A stretch of 60,974 bases of DNA. Source: Fonticula alba ATCC 38817 (taxonomy: Eukaryota; Protista; Nucleariida). Below are positions 10,688 through 23,212 of the stretch, piece after piece. Under the pieces are notes generated by a model. It was not told where the DNA came from. It saw nothing but the letters and a program-made list of their open reading frames with translations, and made no database searches. How positions within the stretch are numbered: position 1 is the stretch's first letter; each line of letters starts with the position of its first letter. Made by a program: the position numbers and the translations under genes. The stretch is from NCBI GenBank assembly GCA_000388065.2, contig KB932201.1; one strand, written 5' to 3'.

Positions 10688-12270
10688 ATGGTCCGTTTCC
10701 TCCTCCTACCCATCCTCCCCCTCCCCTCTCTCGCCTCCCCGCTGCTCTCCTCTCCTGCGGCCCCACCGCCGCCGCCTCTCGCGGACAAGGACCGACAGTG
10801 CCCAGGGCGCGCGCGTGACTCGTCGCCGCCGCCGCCGCCGCACCCCTCGGCTCGCATGCCGGCGGTTTGTGGTGAACCTCGCCGGCTCTGCCGTCGTCAT
10901 GTGGCCGGCCTGCGAAGCACTCCTCCTAGCACTGCGCGTTCGGGCGTGTGTGTGTGTGTGTGCGCGCGCGCGTGCGCCCACCCCACCGCCTCACACGCGC
11001 GCGTGCGATGATATCCCCTCCTGGAGCCCTGTCGCTTCCTGTCCCGCGGCGTCGGATGTGCCGTGCATCCGACGCACGCACGCGCGCGCTCGTCTCCTCC
11101 TTTGCGTTTTTCCAGTCTCTCGACATCGCCCCGGCGCCCGTAGGCTAACTCCCCTCTCCCCTCTCTCTCTCTCTCTCTCGCACGCGCGGCATACCTCTGC
11201 AGACCGTCCCTCTCATCAAGGTTGTCAACTCCACCACCGGCGCCGAGGTCGCCCTCCCCGCCGTCTTCTCGGCCCCCATCCGTGCTGATGTCGTGAACTT
11301 CGTCCACACCAACCTGGCCAAGAACAAGCGCCAGCCGTACGCCATTTCCGACATGTCCGGCCACCAGCACTCCGCCGAGTCCTGGGGTACCGGCCGTGCC
11401 GTCTCTCGTATTCCCCGTGTCGCTGGTTCCGGTACCCACCGCGCTAGCCAGGGTGCTTTCGGTAACATGTGCCGTGCCGGTCGCATGTTCGCCCCCACCA
11501 AGGTCTGGCGCCGCTGGCACCGCAACGTCAACGTGAACCAGCGCCGGTTCGCCGTTGCCTCTGCCATCGCTGCCTCCGCCGTGACCCCCCTGGTCCTGGC
11601 TCGCGGCCACCGCGTCGAGCGCGTTGCCTCCATCCCCCTGGTCATCGACAACTCTGCCCAGTCCATCGTCAAGACCAAGGACGCCATCGCCCTGCTGGCC
11701 AAGCTCCACGCCCTCAAGGACATCAACAAGGTCAAGGCCACCAAGAAGATCCGTGCCGGTCGCGGTAAGATGCGCAACCGCCGCTACGTCCAGCGCAAGG
11801 GTCCCCTTGTCGTCTTCTCCGAGGACAACGGCATCGTCAAGGCCTTCCGCAACATCCCCGGTATTGAGCTCGCCCATGTTGAGCGCCTGAACCTCCTCCA
11901 GCTCGCCCCTGGTGGTCACCTCGGCCGCTTCATCATCTGGACTCAGGATGCCTTCACCAAGCTCGATGAGGTCTACAAGACCCAGAAGGCCGGCTACACC
12001 CTGCCCGAGCACCTCCTGACCAACCCCGACGTCACCTCCCTCCTGGCCTCCCCGGAGATCAAGGCCGTCCTCAAGGCCCGTGGTCCTTCCAAGACCAAGC
12101 GCGCTTTCCGCAAGAAGAACCCCCTCACCAACCTCGAGGCCATGCTCCGCCTGAACCCCTACGCCGCCGAGTACAAGAAGGTCCAGCAGGCCAAGACCGC
12201 CTCCAAGGCCTCCAAGAAGGAGGGCGCCAAGAAGAACAAGAAGTTCGCCTCCACCATCACCCACGCTTAA
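10688..12270 (+). CDS. RPL4: 60S ribosomal protein L4 (uL4), 356 aa
   Basis: Coding exon 1 is the ATG alone (10688-10690), then an intron 10691-11202 (GTCCGT..CTAAC..CAG), then exon 2 at 11203-12270. Exon 2 encodes [73 protein letters not shown] and KKNPL..LRLNPYA. Codon bias is that of a highly expressed gene. Confidence 0.98.
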
Positions 12271-12902
12271 GTGTCTTGCCTTCGCCTAGGCATCCCCCTT
12301 CGGTGTGTGTGTCTGCGTGAGCGTGCAATGTGGTGTGCGCATCGCTTGCCGCGCGCGTCGTGCGCATGTCGTGTGTCTCACGCTGCTTGCATGTTTCTTC
12401 TTTCACCCCCCTTTTGCGCCCTGTGTATATGCGTGTTTGTGCGTGTACGCGCTCGGTGCAGCTCCACCCCCCCTCCGGGCTCTTGTGTTTTCTCAATACA
12501 TTTCCCACTTTTCCCCACTCTCTCTCTCTATCTCTCCCTATTCTCCTTCGCGCGCGCGGGGGGTCGTGCGGATGTGGCCGGACGTGCGACCTGTGTGTCT
12601 CCCTCTCCCTCTCTCTCCCGCCCGCCATCTTTTCCTTGTCAGTGGTTCCCGGCCCGGAAGTCACACGGGCCCAACCTCCAGAACCACGAGCAGAACGGAA
12701 TGCGGTTCTCCGATCGGTCACATGCTATCGATCGATCTATTTTGCTCGGCCGGCGCGAGATCGGGGCTGCCGGAGTGTCGCCGTCAGCCGGGCCGGAGGG
12801 GCGCGGTCGGGGGCCCGAGAGCGAGGTGACTGAACTCTCGCGCGGTGTTGTCGGCACGCGCCTTGTTCTTTTTTTTTTCTTCTTTCTTCCCCTCCTCGCT
12901 GC

Positions 12903-14450
12903 TCACCACCGCTCCAGCATGCCGAGGGCCGCGCGTGCGTCGACCATGGTTTCCCGAGCGATGGCACGCGCACGCTCGGCCCCCATGCGTAGGATCTCAT
13001 CCACCAGGTCCGGGTCGGCGCGCAGGCGGCTGACCTCCTCATGCACCGGGGCCATGCGCGCACACAGGGCATCGGCCACTGCCTGCTTGAGGACCGCATG
13101 CCCGGCATGGGCCAGATCCCGGGCCAGGGACTCCGGGGTGTGAACCACCCCGGCGGCCAGGTCGGCCGCGGTCCGCAGGTCATTCTGGCAGAGAGCCATG
13201 ATGGACAGGAGGTTGGCGATCCCGGGCCGGCGATCCGGCTCATAGGTGACCCCCATCTCGGAGTCGGTGACCGCGCGGGCGATCTTCCGGCGCAGGTCCT
13301 CCGGCGAGTCGTCGATCATCAGGCGTGACCCGGCCGCCGGGTCGGACTTGGACATCTTCCGGGTCGGATCGCGCAGGCTCATGAGCCGGGCTGCCCCCGG
13401 GGCCAGGTCGGGCAGGACCGTGCGCGGGGGCGGGAAGACCGTGCGCTTGGTGGAGTTGTTGAACATGCGGGCCAGCTCGCGGGCCAATTCCAGGTGCTGG
13501 CGCTGATCGTCCCCCACCGGGACCTCGGTGGCGCTGATGGCCCGGGCACATGGGGCCTCATGGTGTTAGTCCAGGCGGCATTTTGCAGGCCGGCAAAGCT
13601 CGACAAAAGTGTCCCTGCCCGTGTGCACACACCGATAGGCCAGGACATCGGCCGCCATCAGGACCGGGTACATCATCAATCCGGCGAGCAGGTTCTCCGG
13701 GTCGCCCTGGCCAAGGTTCTCCGTCTCGGTGGTTGCCTTGTTCATGGACTGCCATTTGTCCTGGGGCGCGGGGTGGGTCAAAAGTGCAGGAGAGGCGGAG
13801 GGGAGGGGGCAGTGTGGAGACGTGAGTTTTGAGGCCAGTTACCGGTGGGGGGGGGGGGGGGGGACGGGCAGACGGGCGGGGGAGAGAACCGGTGCAGGGG
13901 GAGAGAAAACGGGAGCGAGGGGCCGCACCTTCCACTGGGTCATCCGCCGCAGCATGCCCATCGGCGTTTGGCAGGTCAGCAGCCAGGTCAGCTCGGAGTG
14001 CTCGTGCAGGTGGCTTTGGCAGAAGAGCACAACGTCAGGGTTGGACGGCCCGGCCGGGCCGTCATACCCGTGGGCCCGGACCCCGGACGCCAGGATGCCG
14101 ATGGCCATGTCGCGGGTTTGCTCGGCCGGCGTCGGGGCCCCGGGGCGACGGGGAACCGTCAGCGAGTGGAGGTCCACGATGCAGTACAGTTGCGAGGGGT
14201 GGGCCAGCGGACCGTCCGACTGCTGCGGGGGGTAGGCCTCATGGCGGTACTCGGCCGAGAGGCGAGCCCAGTTGCTGAGGGCACCGGCGAAGTTGCCAAA
14301 GTGCGGCATGCCGGTTGGCTGGATGCCGGAGAAAACCCGGCGCTCGAAGTGCGGCGCCTTCGAGGCGGAGGAACTAAAGCCGGCGGCGGCTGTCAGGGCC
14401 GGCCGAAGGGCCGGCGTGGCGAGGGAGCGGCGGAGTGGTGTGGTGATCAT
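12903..14450 (-). CDS. MSW1: Mitochondrial (bacterial-type) tryptophanyl-tRNA synthetase, about 426 aa, 3 exons
   Basis: Exons 14450-13929, 13760-13633, 13533-12903. Motifs VFSGIQPTG, HIGH-like HFGN, IVDLHSLT, RMTQWK, YPVLMAADVL, VPVGDDQRQHLELAR and KMSKS. Arg/Ala/Ser-rich presequence. Animal orthologue is WARS2. Confidence 0.96.
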
Positions 14451-15202
14451 CTGGCGGCTGGGGGGGTAGGGGGGGGGGGGGGAGGGGGGCGATGGAGGGA
14501 GGGTGGAGGGCGAGGTGTAGGTGCAGGCGCGGGCGCGGGCGAGTGAGAAACAGGTCTACCAGGCCGCTGTGCCGCGAATGTGGCTCATCCTGGCGCCATC
14601 TAGCTCTCGCTCCTCCTCGACGCGCCGGGACCCGGCCGTGGCCGAGCCGGAGCGAATGGCCTGGGCGGGTGTGGTGCTGACGCGGCTGAGGCGCGCGCCG
14701 TGCGTCGCCGGGTCGGAGGCCATGGGCCACTCTGCCCGGCAGGGATCTTCCCGTGGGGCGGGCGGGGGGGGCGGAACCGCAGGGCCTGCGCTACCTCCGA
14801 GCGACGAGTGTGGGAAACGTGGCTTACTTTAGGTGCCAATGTATCCTCGGTAAGATCCAAGTCCAACTGGCCATTGGTGGGCACTTGCCAGACGCATTTT
14901 ACCTTGGCCGTTTGCCCCCCCTGGCAGGGGTCTAGGCGGGGCCTCGATCACCCCCGCCTCCGCCCCCGTGTCCCCCCCCCAGCCGATGCCGGGCATCGGG
15001 CGGCCTCTGTCGGGGAGGGAGGGGGGGGGGGGGCGGGGGGACGCGAACACGGCCGGCGGCCCACGCGTCGCAGCAGCCACAGGGTGGTGGCGGACGACAG
15101 GCCTGGGCACACTGGGAGGGGGGTTCGTGAGGCCCGTTGCCCCTCGCGTTCTGGCTGCGCACAAGCATGGTTGATCGTCGGCCCGATTGGCGGGGGGGGG
15201 GG

Positions 15203-15962
15203 NNNNNNNNNNNNNNNNNNNNNNNNNNNNNNNNNNNNNNNNNNNNNNNNNNNNNNNNNNNNNNNNNNNNNNNNNNNNNNNNNNNNNNNNNNNNNNNNNN
15301 NNNNNNNNNNNNNNNNNNNNNNNNNNNNNNNNNNNNNNNNNNNNNNNNNNNNNNNNNNNNNNNNNNNNNNNNNNNNNNNNNNNNNNNNNNNNNNNNNNNN
15401 NNNNNNNNNNNNNNNNNNNNNNNNNNNNNNNNNNNNNNNNNNNNNNNNNNNNNNNNNNNNNNNNNNNNNNNNNNNNNNNNNNNNNNNNNNNNNNNNNNNN
15501 NNNNNNNNNNNNNNNNNNNNNNNNNNNNNNNNNNNNNNNNNNNNNNNNNNNNNNNNNNNNNNNNNNNNNNNNNNNNNNNNNNNNNNNNNNNNNNNNNNNN
15601 NNNNNNNNNNNNNNNNNNNNNNNNNNNNNNNNNNNNNNNNNNNNNNNNNNNNNNNNNNNNNNNNNNNNNNNNNNNNNNNNNNNNNNNNNNNNNNNNNNNN
15701 NNNNNNNNNNNNNNNNNNNNNNNNNNNNNNNNNNNNNNNNNNNNNNNNNNNNNNNNNNNNNNNNNNNNNNNNNNNNNNNNNNNNNNNNNNNNNNNNNNNN
15801 NNNNNNNNNNNNNNNNNNNNNNNNNNNNNNNNNNNNNNNNNNNNNNNNNNNNNNNNNNNNNNNNNNNNNNNNNNNNNNNNNNNNNNNNNNNNNNNNNNNN
15901 NNNNNNNNNNNNNNNNNNNNNNNNNNNNNNNNNNNNNNNNNNNNNNNNNNNNNNNNNNNNNN
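15203..15962. other. Assembly gap (760 N)
   Basis: Run of N flanked by poly-G on both sides. Confidence 0.99.
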
Positions 15963-16193
15963 GGGGGGGGGGGGGGGGGGGGGGGGAGCGCAGCACAAAG
16001 TTCTGTTTTCTTCCTGGCCGCCCGTTCGCCCGGTCCCCGCGCTGTGGTCAAGCCAACACGCGAGTCGGCCAGGCCATCTTCTTTTTGTTTTCCGGCCGGA
16101 AGATCGGCCCCCCCGCCCCCGACACCGGGGTGCATGCTGAACCCTCCCAGCCATCTCTCGGCAGCCATCGGCCGCGGGCCGAGGTCCCCCCCT

Positions 16194-16226
<33 letters not shown>

Positions 16227-16440
16227 CCCCCTCGACACTCACACAACGGCCCATGGGGTAATGCCTTTTTTAGCTGGCCATCCCGACTGGCTGCCAAACT
16301 CGACCCTCCTCCTCCGCCCCTCACTCCCCCTCCCTCTATTTCCTGCCCCCTTCTCTCTCTCTCTCTCTCTCTTTCTCTTTCCTTTTCCCTCTCCCCCTCC
16401 TTCCGCCCCCCCCTCCGCGCGACCCCCCCCACACGTGGAG

Positions 16441-18241
16441 ATGGGTCCCTCCTCCCCCCCAGCCCGGGGCGCGGAGGCGTCCCTCTGGCCGACCGGTCGG
16501 CCACTCCCCTCCTTCCGCCTGTCCTTCCTGGCGGTGGTCTTCGGCTTGCTGATGACCAAGGTGGTCTTCTCAACCGACGCCGAGGGGCTGACACTTCGCT
16601 CTGGGGTCACTCTGCTCTTGCGCGCATCCTTCGAGGCTCTCTTCGCCCTGGTGGCCCTGTCCTCGGTGGTGGCCCTATCCTCGGTGGTGAACCCGGTATC
16701 CCTGCCTGGCCAGCCGGCTGCCACCGAGACTGCCTCCAAGACAATCCCGACGACGGAGCCCGCTGCGGCACACTGTCCAGAAGGTCCCCCCTCAGCGGTC
16801 ATGGATGTTGCTTGTCCCACCGAAAGGAGCGCCTCCCTGCAGGCATCCCCCTCGCCGCGGTCAACCCCCCTGCACGGGTCGGCGCCGGATTCGGAACCCC
16901 CTCCCCCTGCGTCGGCTGCAGTTCCGCCTACCGCTGCGGCAGTTTGCTCCAATGCCCGAGTCGATGAGGTGATCTTGGCTGCGCCCACCGTGCCCGATGC
17001 CGGTGGTATGCTTGACCCGGCCAATGCTCCGACTGCTGGTGCTTCCACGATAGACCCCGGCGCCGGAGGCATCACAGCCGCACTCCTTGCCGCCGGTGCC
17101 ACCGCCACCGGCCCTGAGCCAGCCTACTCCCTGCAGGACAATGCCGGGCTCCTGCCGCTGTTGGCCGCCAACGACGTGCGCCTGGCGCTGTCATCCCTGC
17201 CTCGAGGCGAGCACCTCAAGCGCATGCTCAACAGCCGGAGTCGGCCTCACCTGCGCACGTATGTGCTGCAAGTCCACCTCCCGCTGTCAATCCCGACCAG
17301 CATCCCGGGCGGTCTCCGGCCCGGTCTTGCCACGGCTTCCGAGCATGCGGCCCACTTTTCCTCAAAGAGCGTCTCCAACGGCCTGACGGGGCTCCCCCGG
17401 CGGTGGGCCGTCGAGCGCAGCATGACCGACTTCCTGGTCCTCTCCCGACAGCTCCGTACCCTGGCCTACCCGGATGCCCTGGTGCGTCTGGGCCGGACCC
17501 GGGCCCCGGTTTCGAGTGCCGAGGCGCCGGTCATCCCACCGCCGGCTTCCTGGTATGCGGCCTCCTCGGCCACCATCGCCCCGGCTGGGTCTCGTCTGGC
17601 CGGGCACATCAGTGCCTTTGCCGCGGCGGCCTTCGCCAAGACCCCGCGCACTGAGGCCGGGCCCGACTCGACCAGCGAGCCGCCCGGCTCCGAGGGCGAC
17701 AGCTCCACGGAGGGCACGCGCGGCGGTGTGGGCGCCGATGCCCTCCTCCGCCATCCCTGGCTTGTGCATTTGGACCTGGACCGGTTGAGTGGTCTTGTGC
17801 AGTCTGGTGCTCGCCAGGGGAGCTTCAGCCAGCATCGCACTGGCGGCTGGGTCGACGATGCCCCCGGCGCGCCGGAGGCCATCGCCGACACTTCCGGTGA
17901 TGAGACGGCCCCGGTGTCACCGGTCGCATTGGCAGCCGGCGACACCGGCCCCGAGCCGCCGGTTCCTGACTCGGCCCTCCCTCGGTCGAGCACGGCCATT
18001 GCCCCGGCCACTTCGGAGCTGGACCTCCTGCAAAATGCCATGTCACTACACACAACCACTTCGGCCCAGCCGGCGTCCGGTGATGGCCGGTCCACGGGCA
18101 CGCTTCCAGCTCGGTCTGGCCAGCGCCTGCTCTCGGATGACACCGCCCTCCCGGGACTGGCACATGATCGCGAGGCATGCGAGCTGCAGATCATCCTCGA
18201 GCGCTTCCTGGTCGGTACGTCCTTGTCTATCTTCCCTCCCT

Positions 18242-18278
<37 letters not shown>

Positions 18279-19744
18279 CCCCCCCCTCTCTCTCTTCGGT
18301 TCCCCCTGCCCATGGGGTGGTCCCTCTGTCGCCTTCCCCAGACTGACCCTCCTCCCCTTCTCCTTCCCCTTCCCCTTCTCCTTCCCCTTCCCCTTCTCCT
18401 TCCCCTTCTCCCTCTCCTGCGCTCGACTCATCTGAAAAAAAAATGCACACAGCCGCCATGTCTGATCCAAACATCCGCGACTCGCCAGCCGCGGCACGGG
18501 CGCTTTGGCGATTCCTCCGGCCACGGTCGATGGACTTGGAGCCGACCAACTCCACTCTGGCCGCGCCGATGACATACCTGGCTCCATCGGGGTCCGTGCT
18601 CCTGGCCAATCCCCTGCCAGCACGCACGCTGTTCAGCTCCTTCGCGGCGGATGGCGTATCAGAGCTCTTTGTCCCGGTGGCGGCCATCGGCAGCATTTGT
18701 CCCACTGCTTTGTCTGGCAGCCCAGCGACCGAGATGTCCTCCTCCTCCTCCTCCTCGGGATCGCCCATGCCAGTGGCTCTCAATTCAGACCCCCTGTTGG
18801 AAGGTGTCGGTCCGCTTCGCATGGCAGACTCGACCTCCAACGGCGAGGCAACGCCCCTTCCAGGCAGCGAGAAGCCTGTCCGCGTCAATGGCAGCTACGC
18901 TTCCGACCCACAGGAGTTGGAGGCGCCGAATTTCATGCCGGCCATGGGGATCATGTCGATCCCGGCATCTGGACGTGCCTCACCGGAAGGGGGGCCCTCG
19001 CGACGGGAGTCCACGAGCCTTGGGCCCAGTGCGGAGGCCCGGCGCTCGGTCGGCGAGGTGGTCGGTGTGCATGGCGTCGATGACATCGGCCGGGCGGCCT
19101 TGTCGGTTGGCTTGGCGTGCGACTTCACGCGCGACTCTTCCCCCTCCTCCTCCTCCTCCTCCTCATCGGGTGGGTCCTCCTCCGCCGATCGCATGGTGGC
19201 CGTGCGCTTCCACGTGCCAACGGGATCGTTGGCCGATTGCATTGATGCGAACCTCTGCCGGCCAGTGTCCACCCTTCTTGATGGCCACACTTATCACCTG
19301 TCAGCGCGGTACTGGGCCGCCCTGCCGAAGCAGCCTGCCGATGGGGCGGTCCTCCTGCGGCATGTGCATGATGGTGTTCTGCAGATGGCCTCCTTCTCGC
19401 CGCGCGTGTGGACCGACATCCGTATGCAGATCGCCTCGGACATGTACCCCGGCACTCTGAATCTCTGGTTCCGTGATCACCGGGGCATTCAGCCGGTCTC
19501 TGGCCGGCCTTCTGCTACGTCGCTGCCGCGCCTCTCCATCCTCCAAAGTGGCCCACAGGTACGCGGCCTTCTCCGCTGTTCTTCTCTTTGCTCCCTGGCC
19601 TTCGTGCTTTCCTCCTGGTCCTTCCTCCCAGCCTTTCCTTCTTTCTTCCTCTCTCTCTCTCTCTTCCTCTCTCTCTTCCTCTCTTTCTTCCTCTCTCTCT
19701 TCCTCTCTTTCTTCCTCTCTCTCTCTCTCTCCCTCTCTTTCTTC

Positions 19745-19775
<31 letters not shown>

Positions 19776-21180
19776 CTCTCTCTTCCTTCTCCCCCTCCTC
19801 CTCACTCCCCTCCCGCCTGCTCCCTATTTCTTTGGGCTGACAACACTCGTCCTCCAAAAGCATGTCCCGCCCAATGTTCGCATCGATCTCCGCGCGATCC
19901 ACTCGATGCGCATCCTCTCCAGTGCCGTGTCACAGCCCGACCTCACCCCTAGCTGGTCACACACCGGCGGGCCGATCCCCAGCAGCCCCTCGCTACCTGA
20001 TGGGCTGGCCAGTCGCTTCACCCCGCCGCCGGATTCTCATGTCCTGGCCATCACATACTTTGCCGGGGGACCAGCCGAGCTGGGGTGCCTGGCGCTCGGT
20101 CACCATCGGACCACGCCGGTGCGTCACCTGCGCACGGTGCACCTCCTGGACCGGGATCTCTTCTTGCTGGTGTCCTGGATGCATTCCATCTGGTCGGCGG
20201 CCCTGGCGCATTGTTTGGCCGGGCGCCTGCCTCTGTGCGCGCTGCCGGTGCTGGGCGGCCTGGACGCCACGCCGGCCTTCACCGATGGCCCCAGCAGCGA
20301 CTTGGCCCCGGAGTCGGTCACCTGCTGCGAGGTGGTCTTCCACACGTCCGAGGTGTCCGGTCGGCGGGACCGTTGGGCCAACTCCCTGCCGCCCGTGCCG
20401 CGGTTGCTGAGCTCCACGCCGCTGGATGGTCCGCTGGTGTTGAACAATCGCCTGTGCTTTGACAGCCGAGAAGTGGCGGCTGGCGTGGCCCCTGGCCCGG
20501 CTCCCGGGCCGGACCCTCTCAATCCGGCCACCCGCTCCCCCGGAGAGGAGTACCTTCGGCAGCACGATCCCCGGACATTGGGGTTGGTCATGGTGCGCTT
20601 CTCGGCTGGGCTGCTGCGTGCGGCCCAGACCGCCTGGCGGTATGCCCTCGTGGCACGGACCCTGCCCGGGCTGGAGCCCCAGCCGGACGCCCCGGCCCCA
20701 AGCATGGCACCCAGTACGGCGGCCGTGGCCGCGGCACACCGGGCCCTCCGTGCTCTGGAGTATTTGGCGGCTCAACTCCAACGCCTGCCGGTGGATCGCC
20801 TCTGCCTGAATGGCCTGGTGGATGGGTTCAACACCATTGGCACGGCCTCGCTGGACACGGTGTTCAGTGTGCTGGCCGCTGACAATGCCCTGAAGCAGGC
20901 TTTCCTGAGCAATGTCTACTCGGCGATGTCCCTGCACGCGGGACTCGTGCTGAGTCTGTCCAGGGATGCGGCAGTCTATGACCCGCAGCTGGAGGCCATA
21001 TCGGCCGGAGTGGTGTCTCCGGCGCCGGCTCCGGCGCCGGGCAATTCCGGCGGTCTGTTGTCTTCACTGGGCAGCTTGCTGTCCTTTGGCCAGGCGCCCC
21101 CGGGCAAGGCGTCGCCCGGGGAGCCCTCCTCCCAGCGGTATTACTTCCAAAACAGTGCGTTTCCATGTCCCTCTCTCCCT

Positions 21181-21233
<53 letters not shown>

Positions 21234-21241
21234 TCTCTGTC

Positions 21242-21281
<40 letters not shown>

Positions 21282-22540
21282 CCCCCTCCCCCCGCTGGTG
21301 GCTCCTCTTCTCCTTTGCACTCACCTGTTCAATGGGGATTTCCTCTCTCCCGCCGGTCAGTCATGTATGACATCGGGGGACACCTGCTCAGCCAGGCCGA
21401 CCTGCTGCTCCTGCTGCGGACCAATGCCCCGGCAGGGGTTCTCCCGGCATCGGGGCAGCTGCAACGCGAGTGCCCGCTGCTGGGGGTGTCACCGCGGCCC
21501 TTCGAGCGTGCGGACCCGCGTAATCGGGCCCTCGCGCCGCTGATCCCTCCCCGGTCCACCGGACTGCGGCCCAATTTCGCCCAGTCGCGCTCATCTTCGG
21601 AGCTGGCGCGTGAGCTGGCCTCCTTCGATCCCCGGGCCACCTGGTTCCTGGCCGCCGGCATGGCCTGTGGCTCGCGCCACTCGTGGGTCCTAGATTGTCC
21701 GGCTACCGAGCCGGCCCGGCTGCCGACCCTCCTGCCAGCCGAGCCGCTGGGCGATGCGGAGGTGGCCCTGGCTCAGGGCATTCGCCGGGACTCGCGTGTG
21801 CTCGGCTCCATCCAGGGGATCCTGGATCATGCAGCTCGGCATGCGGCGCAAGACCTGTGCCTCTTCGTGCTGGACAAGAAGCCCGTTCGTCTGGATGTAT
21901 CGCCACTGTTGGCCTGGTTCTCGCATGACTTCCCGGGGAAGTTTGGCGTACGTCAGCCCCCTCCTCCTGGGGCCCCCTGTTGCTGGGCTTCTCCACCGTC
22001 CCTGCGTCTGCTATCTCCTCGTGGATTTCAATCGCTGGCTTGCTAACCCCATGACTGCAGCTTGTCCGCGCACTGCTCTCGCATCAGAATCCCACAATCG
22101 CCTCGCAGGTGGCCATGGTCCTTTCGGCGCTCGACCCGCAGGCTTCAGCCGGTCAGCCACTTGCCCAGCCAAATGAGCCGTCCCCGTCGATCGCCCTGCG
22201 CCTGAGTGACTCGGCTCTCGGGGTTTTGCACATCCAGACCCGCCAGCCGCCGCCGGCTTTGAGCGCGCGTGATGCCGAATTTCTGGCCCAATTGGGGGCC
22301 GCTCCCCGGGTGGGGCGCTTTGCCCCGGCCGCCCTGCTGCGCTTCCCCTTCCTGGAGGACGACCGCAGCGGCGGATCAACCTACCAGCTGGAGGGCGACC
22401 GACGCGTGGGCGACCCCCGGCGGCGCTCCGTCGGGGCATCCTTCCCGGTTGACAGCTCGCACTGCCTTGTGGTGTTGGATGAGGGAAGCGTGTCGGCTCT
22501 TGAGCGACATCTGCGCCTCTGCCGCATCTTCTCTTCTTGA
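16441..22540 (+). CDS. Large multidomain protein (about 1730 aa): hydrophobic N-terminus, split PX-like domain, PH-like segment, degenerate DUF547 domain
   Basis: Phase-consistent exons 16441-18214, 18453-19558, 19861-21154, 21361-21947, 22109-22540 (5193 nt); start codon uncertain. PX-like blocks: TYVLQVHL, WAVERSMTDFLVLSRQLR, PVIPPP, LQIILERFL..SDPNIRDSP..LWRFL. DUF547-like blocks: KQAFLSNVYSAMSLHAG, YFQNIMYDIGGHLLSQADL..LRTN, RPFERADPR, FDPRATWFL, ILDHAARH, VSPLLAWFSHDF. The PH-like call is weak. Confidence 0.68.
19620..19800 (+). repeat. Compound (CT)n/(CTTC) polypyrimidine microsatellite filling an intron
   Basis: About 180 nt of almost pure C/T. Similar tracts at 18230-18420, 21170-21280, 39100-39290 and 55370-55392. 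Confidence 0.9.
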
Positions 22541-23212
22541 GGGAAAAAAAAAGGGGGACCAGCGGGTTTCCCGTCACATTTGTCCTCCCCCCCCCCGCCC
22601 TTTCGCCGTTCCGTCCCTCTAGCCGCCCTTGTTTTCATTTCTTGCCGTTTCCGCTGCCCCCCCCCCCCCTTCCCCATGTGAACGCTCTTGACCAGGGCGC
22701 CTCTGCCTTAGCAGGGGGATCCCTGTGTCGGAGATATAGAGCATTCCGTGGAAATATACTTCCCTTTGAATGCATGCGCGCGATCCACCCTTGTGCATGG
22801 AAAAAATAATTATAATAATAGACACATCTACATACGAGGGTTACTAGCGGGCAAATCCGCTTACGCGTCCGGATTGTACGTGCCCTTGTTTTCTGTGCCC
22901 TCGTGTGAGGCGAGGGCACACCCACCCACACACCCGCACACCCGCACACCCACAGGCAAGTCACCATCCAACAGCACCACCTGGTGGGCAAAAGCCCCGG
23001 AAAAGACATCTATTTGGTCTTCATACAACTAGGAGAAAGAGAATGATGGGAAGGCGAGAGAACAGTTTGAGGGGGGGGGGGGGGCGGCATATCCAACCCC
23101 TCGTGATACCAAAAAAAGGGAGAAAAATTTACTGACGGCCGGCGGAGGGGGGGGGGGCCCCCCCTCCCCCCCCCCCCCCCCCCCCGGTCACCCGCTCCTC
23201 CACAGGAGGACC

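Noticed and set aside
10897-12264. 455-aa minus-strand ORF
   Set aside because: Antisense shadow of RPL4 caused by strong third-position GC bias.
14700-16967. Long ORFs of 300-750 aa spanning the N-gap
   Set aside because: Artefacts of translating through Ns.
16239-17108. Minus-strand ORF with a TTEDRATTEDRAT repeat that looks like a real disordered protein
   Set aside because: Its arginines use AGG/AGA, rare in the real genes here and expected as the antisense of CTN leucine codons, so the + strand is the coding one.
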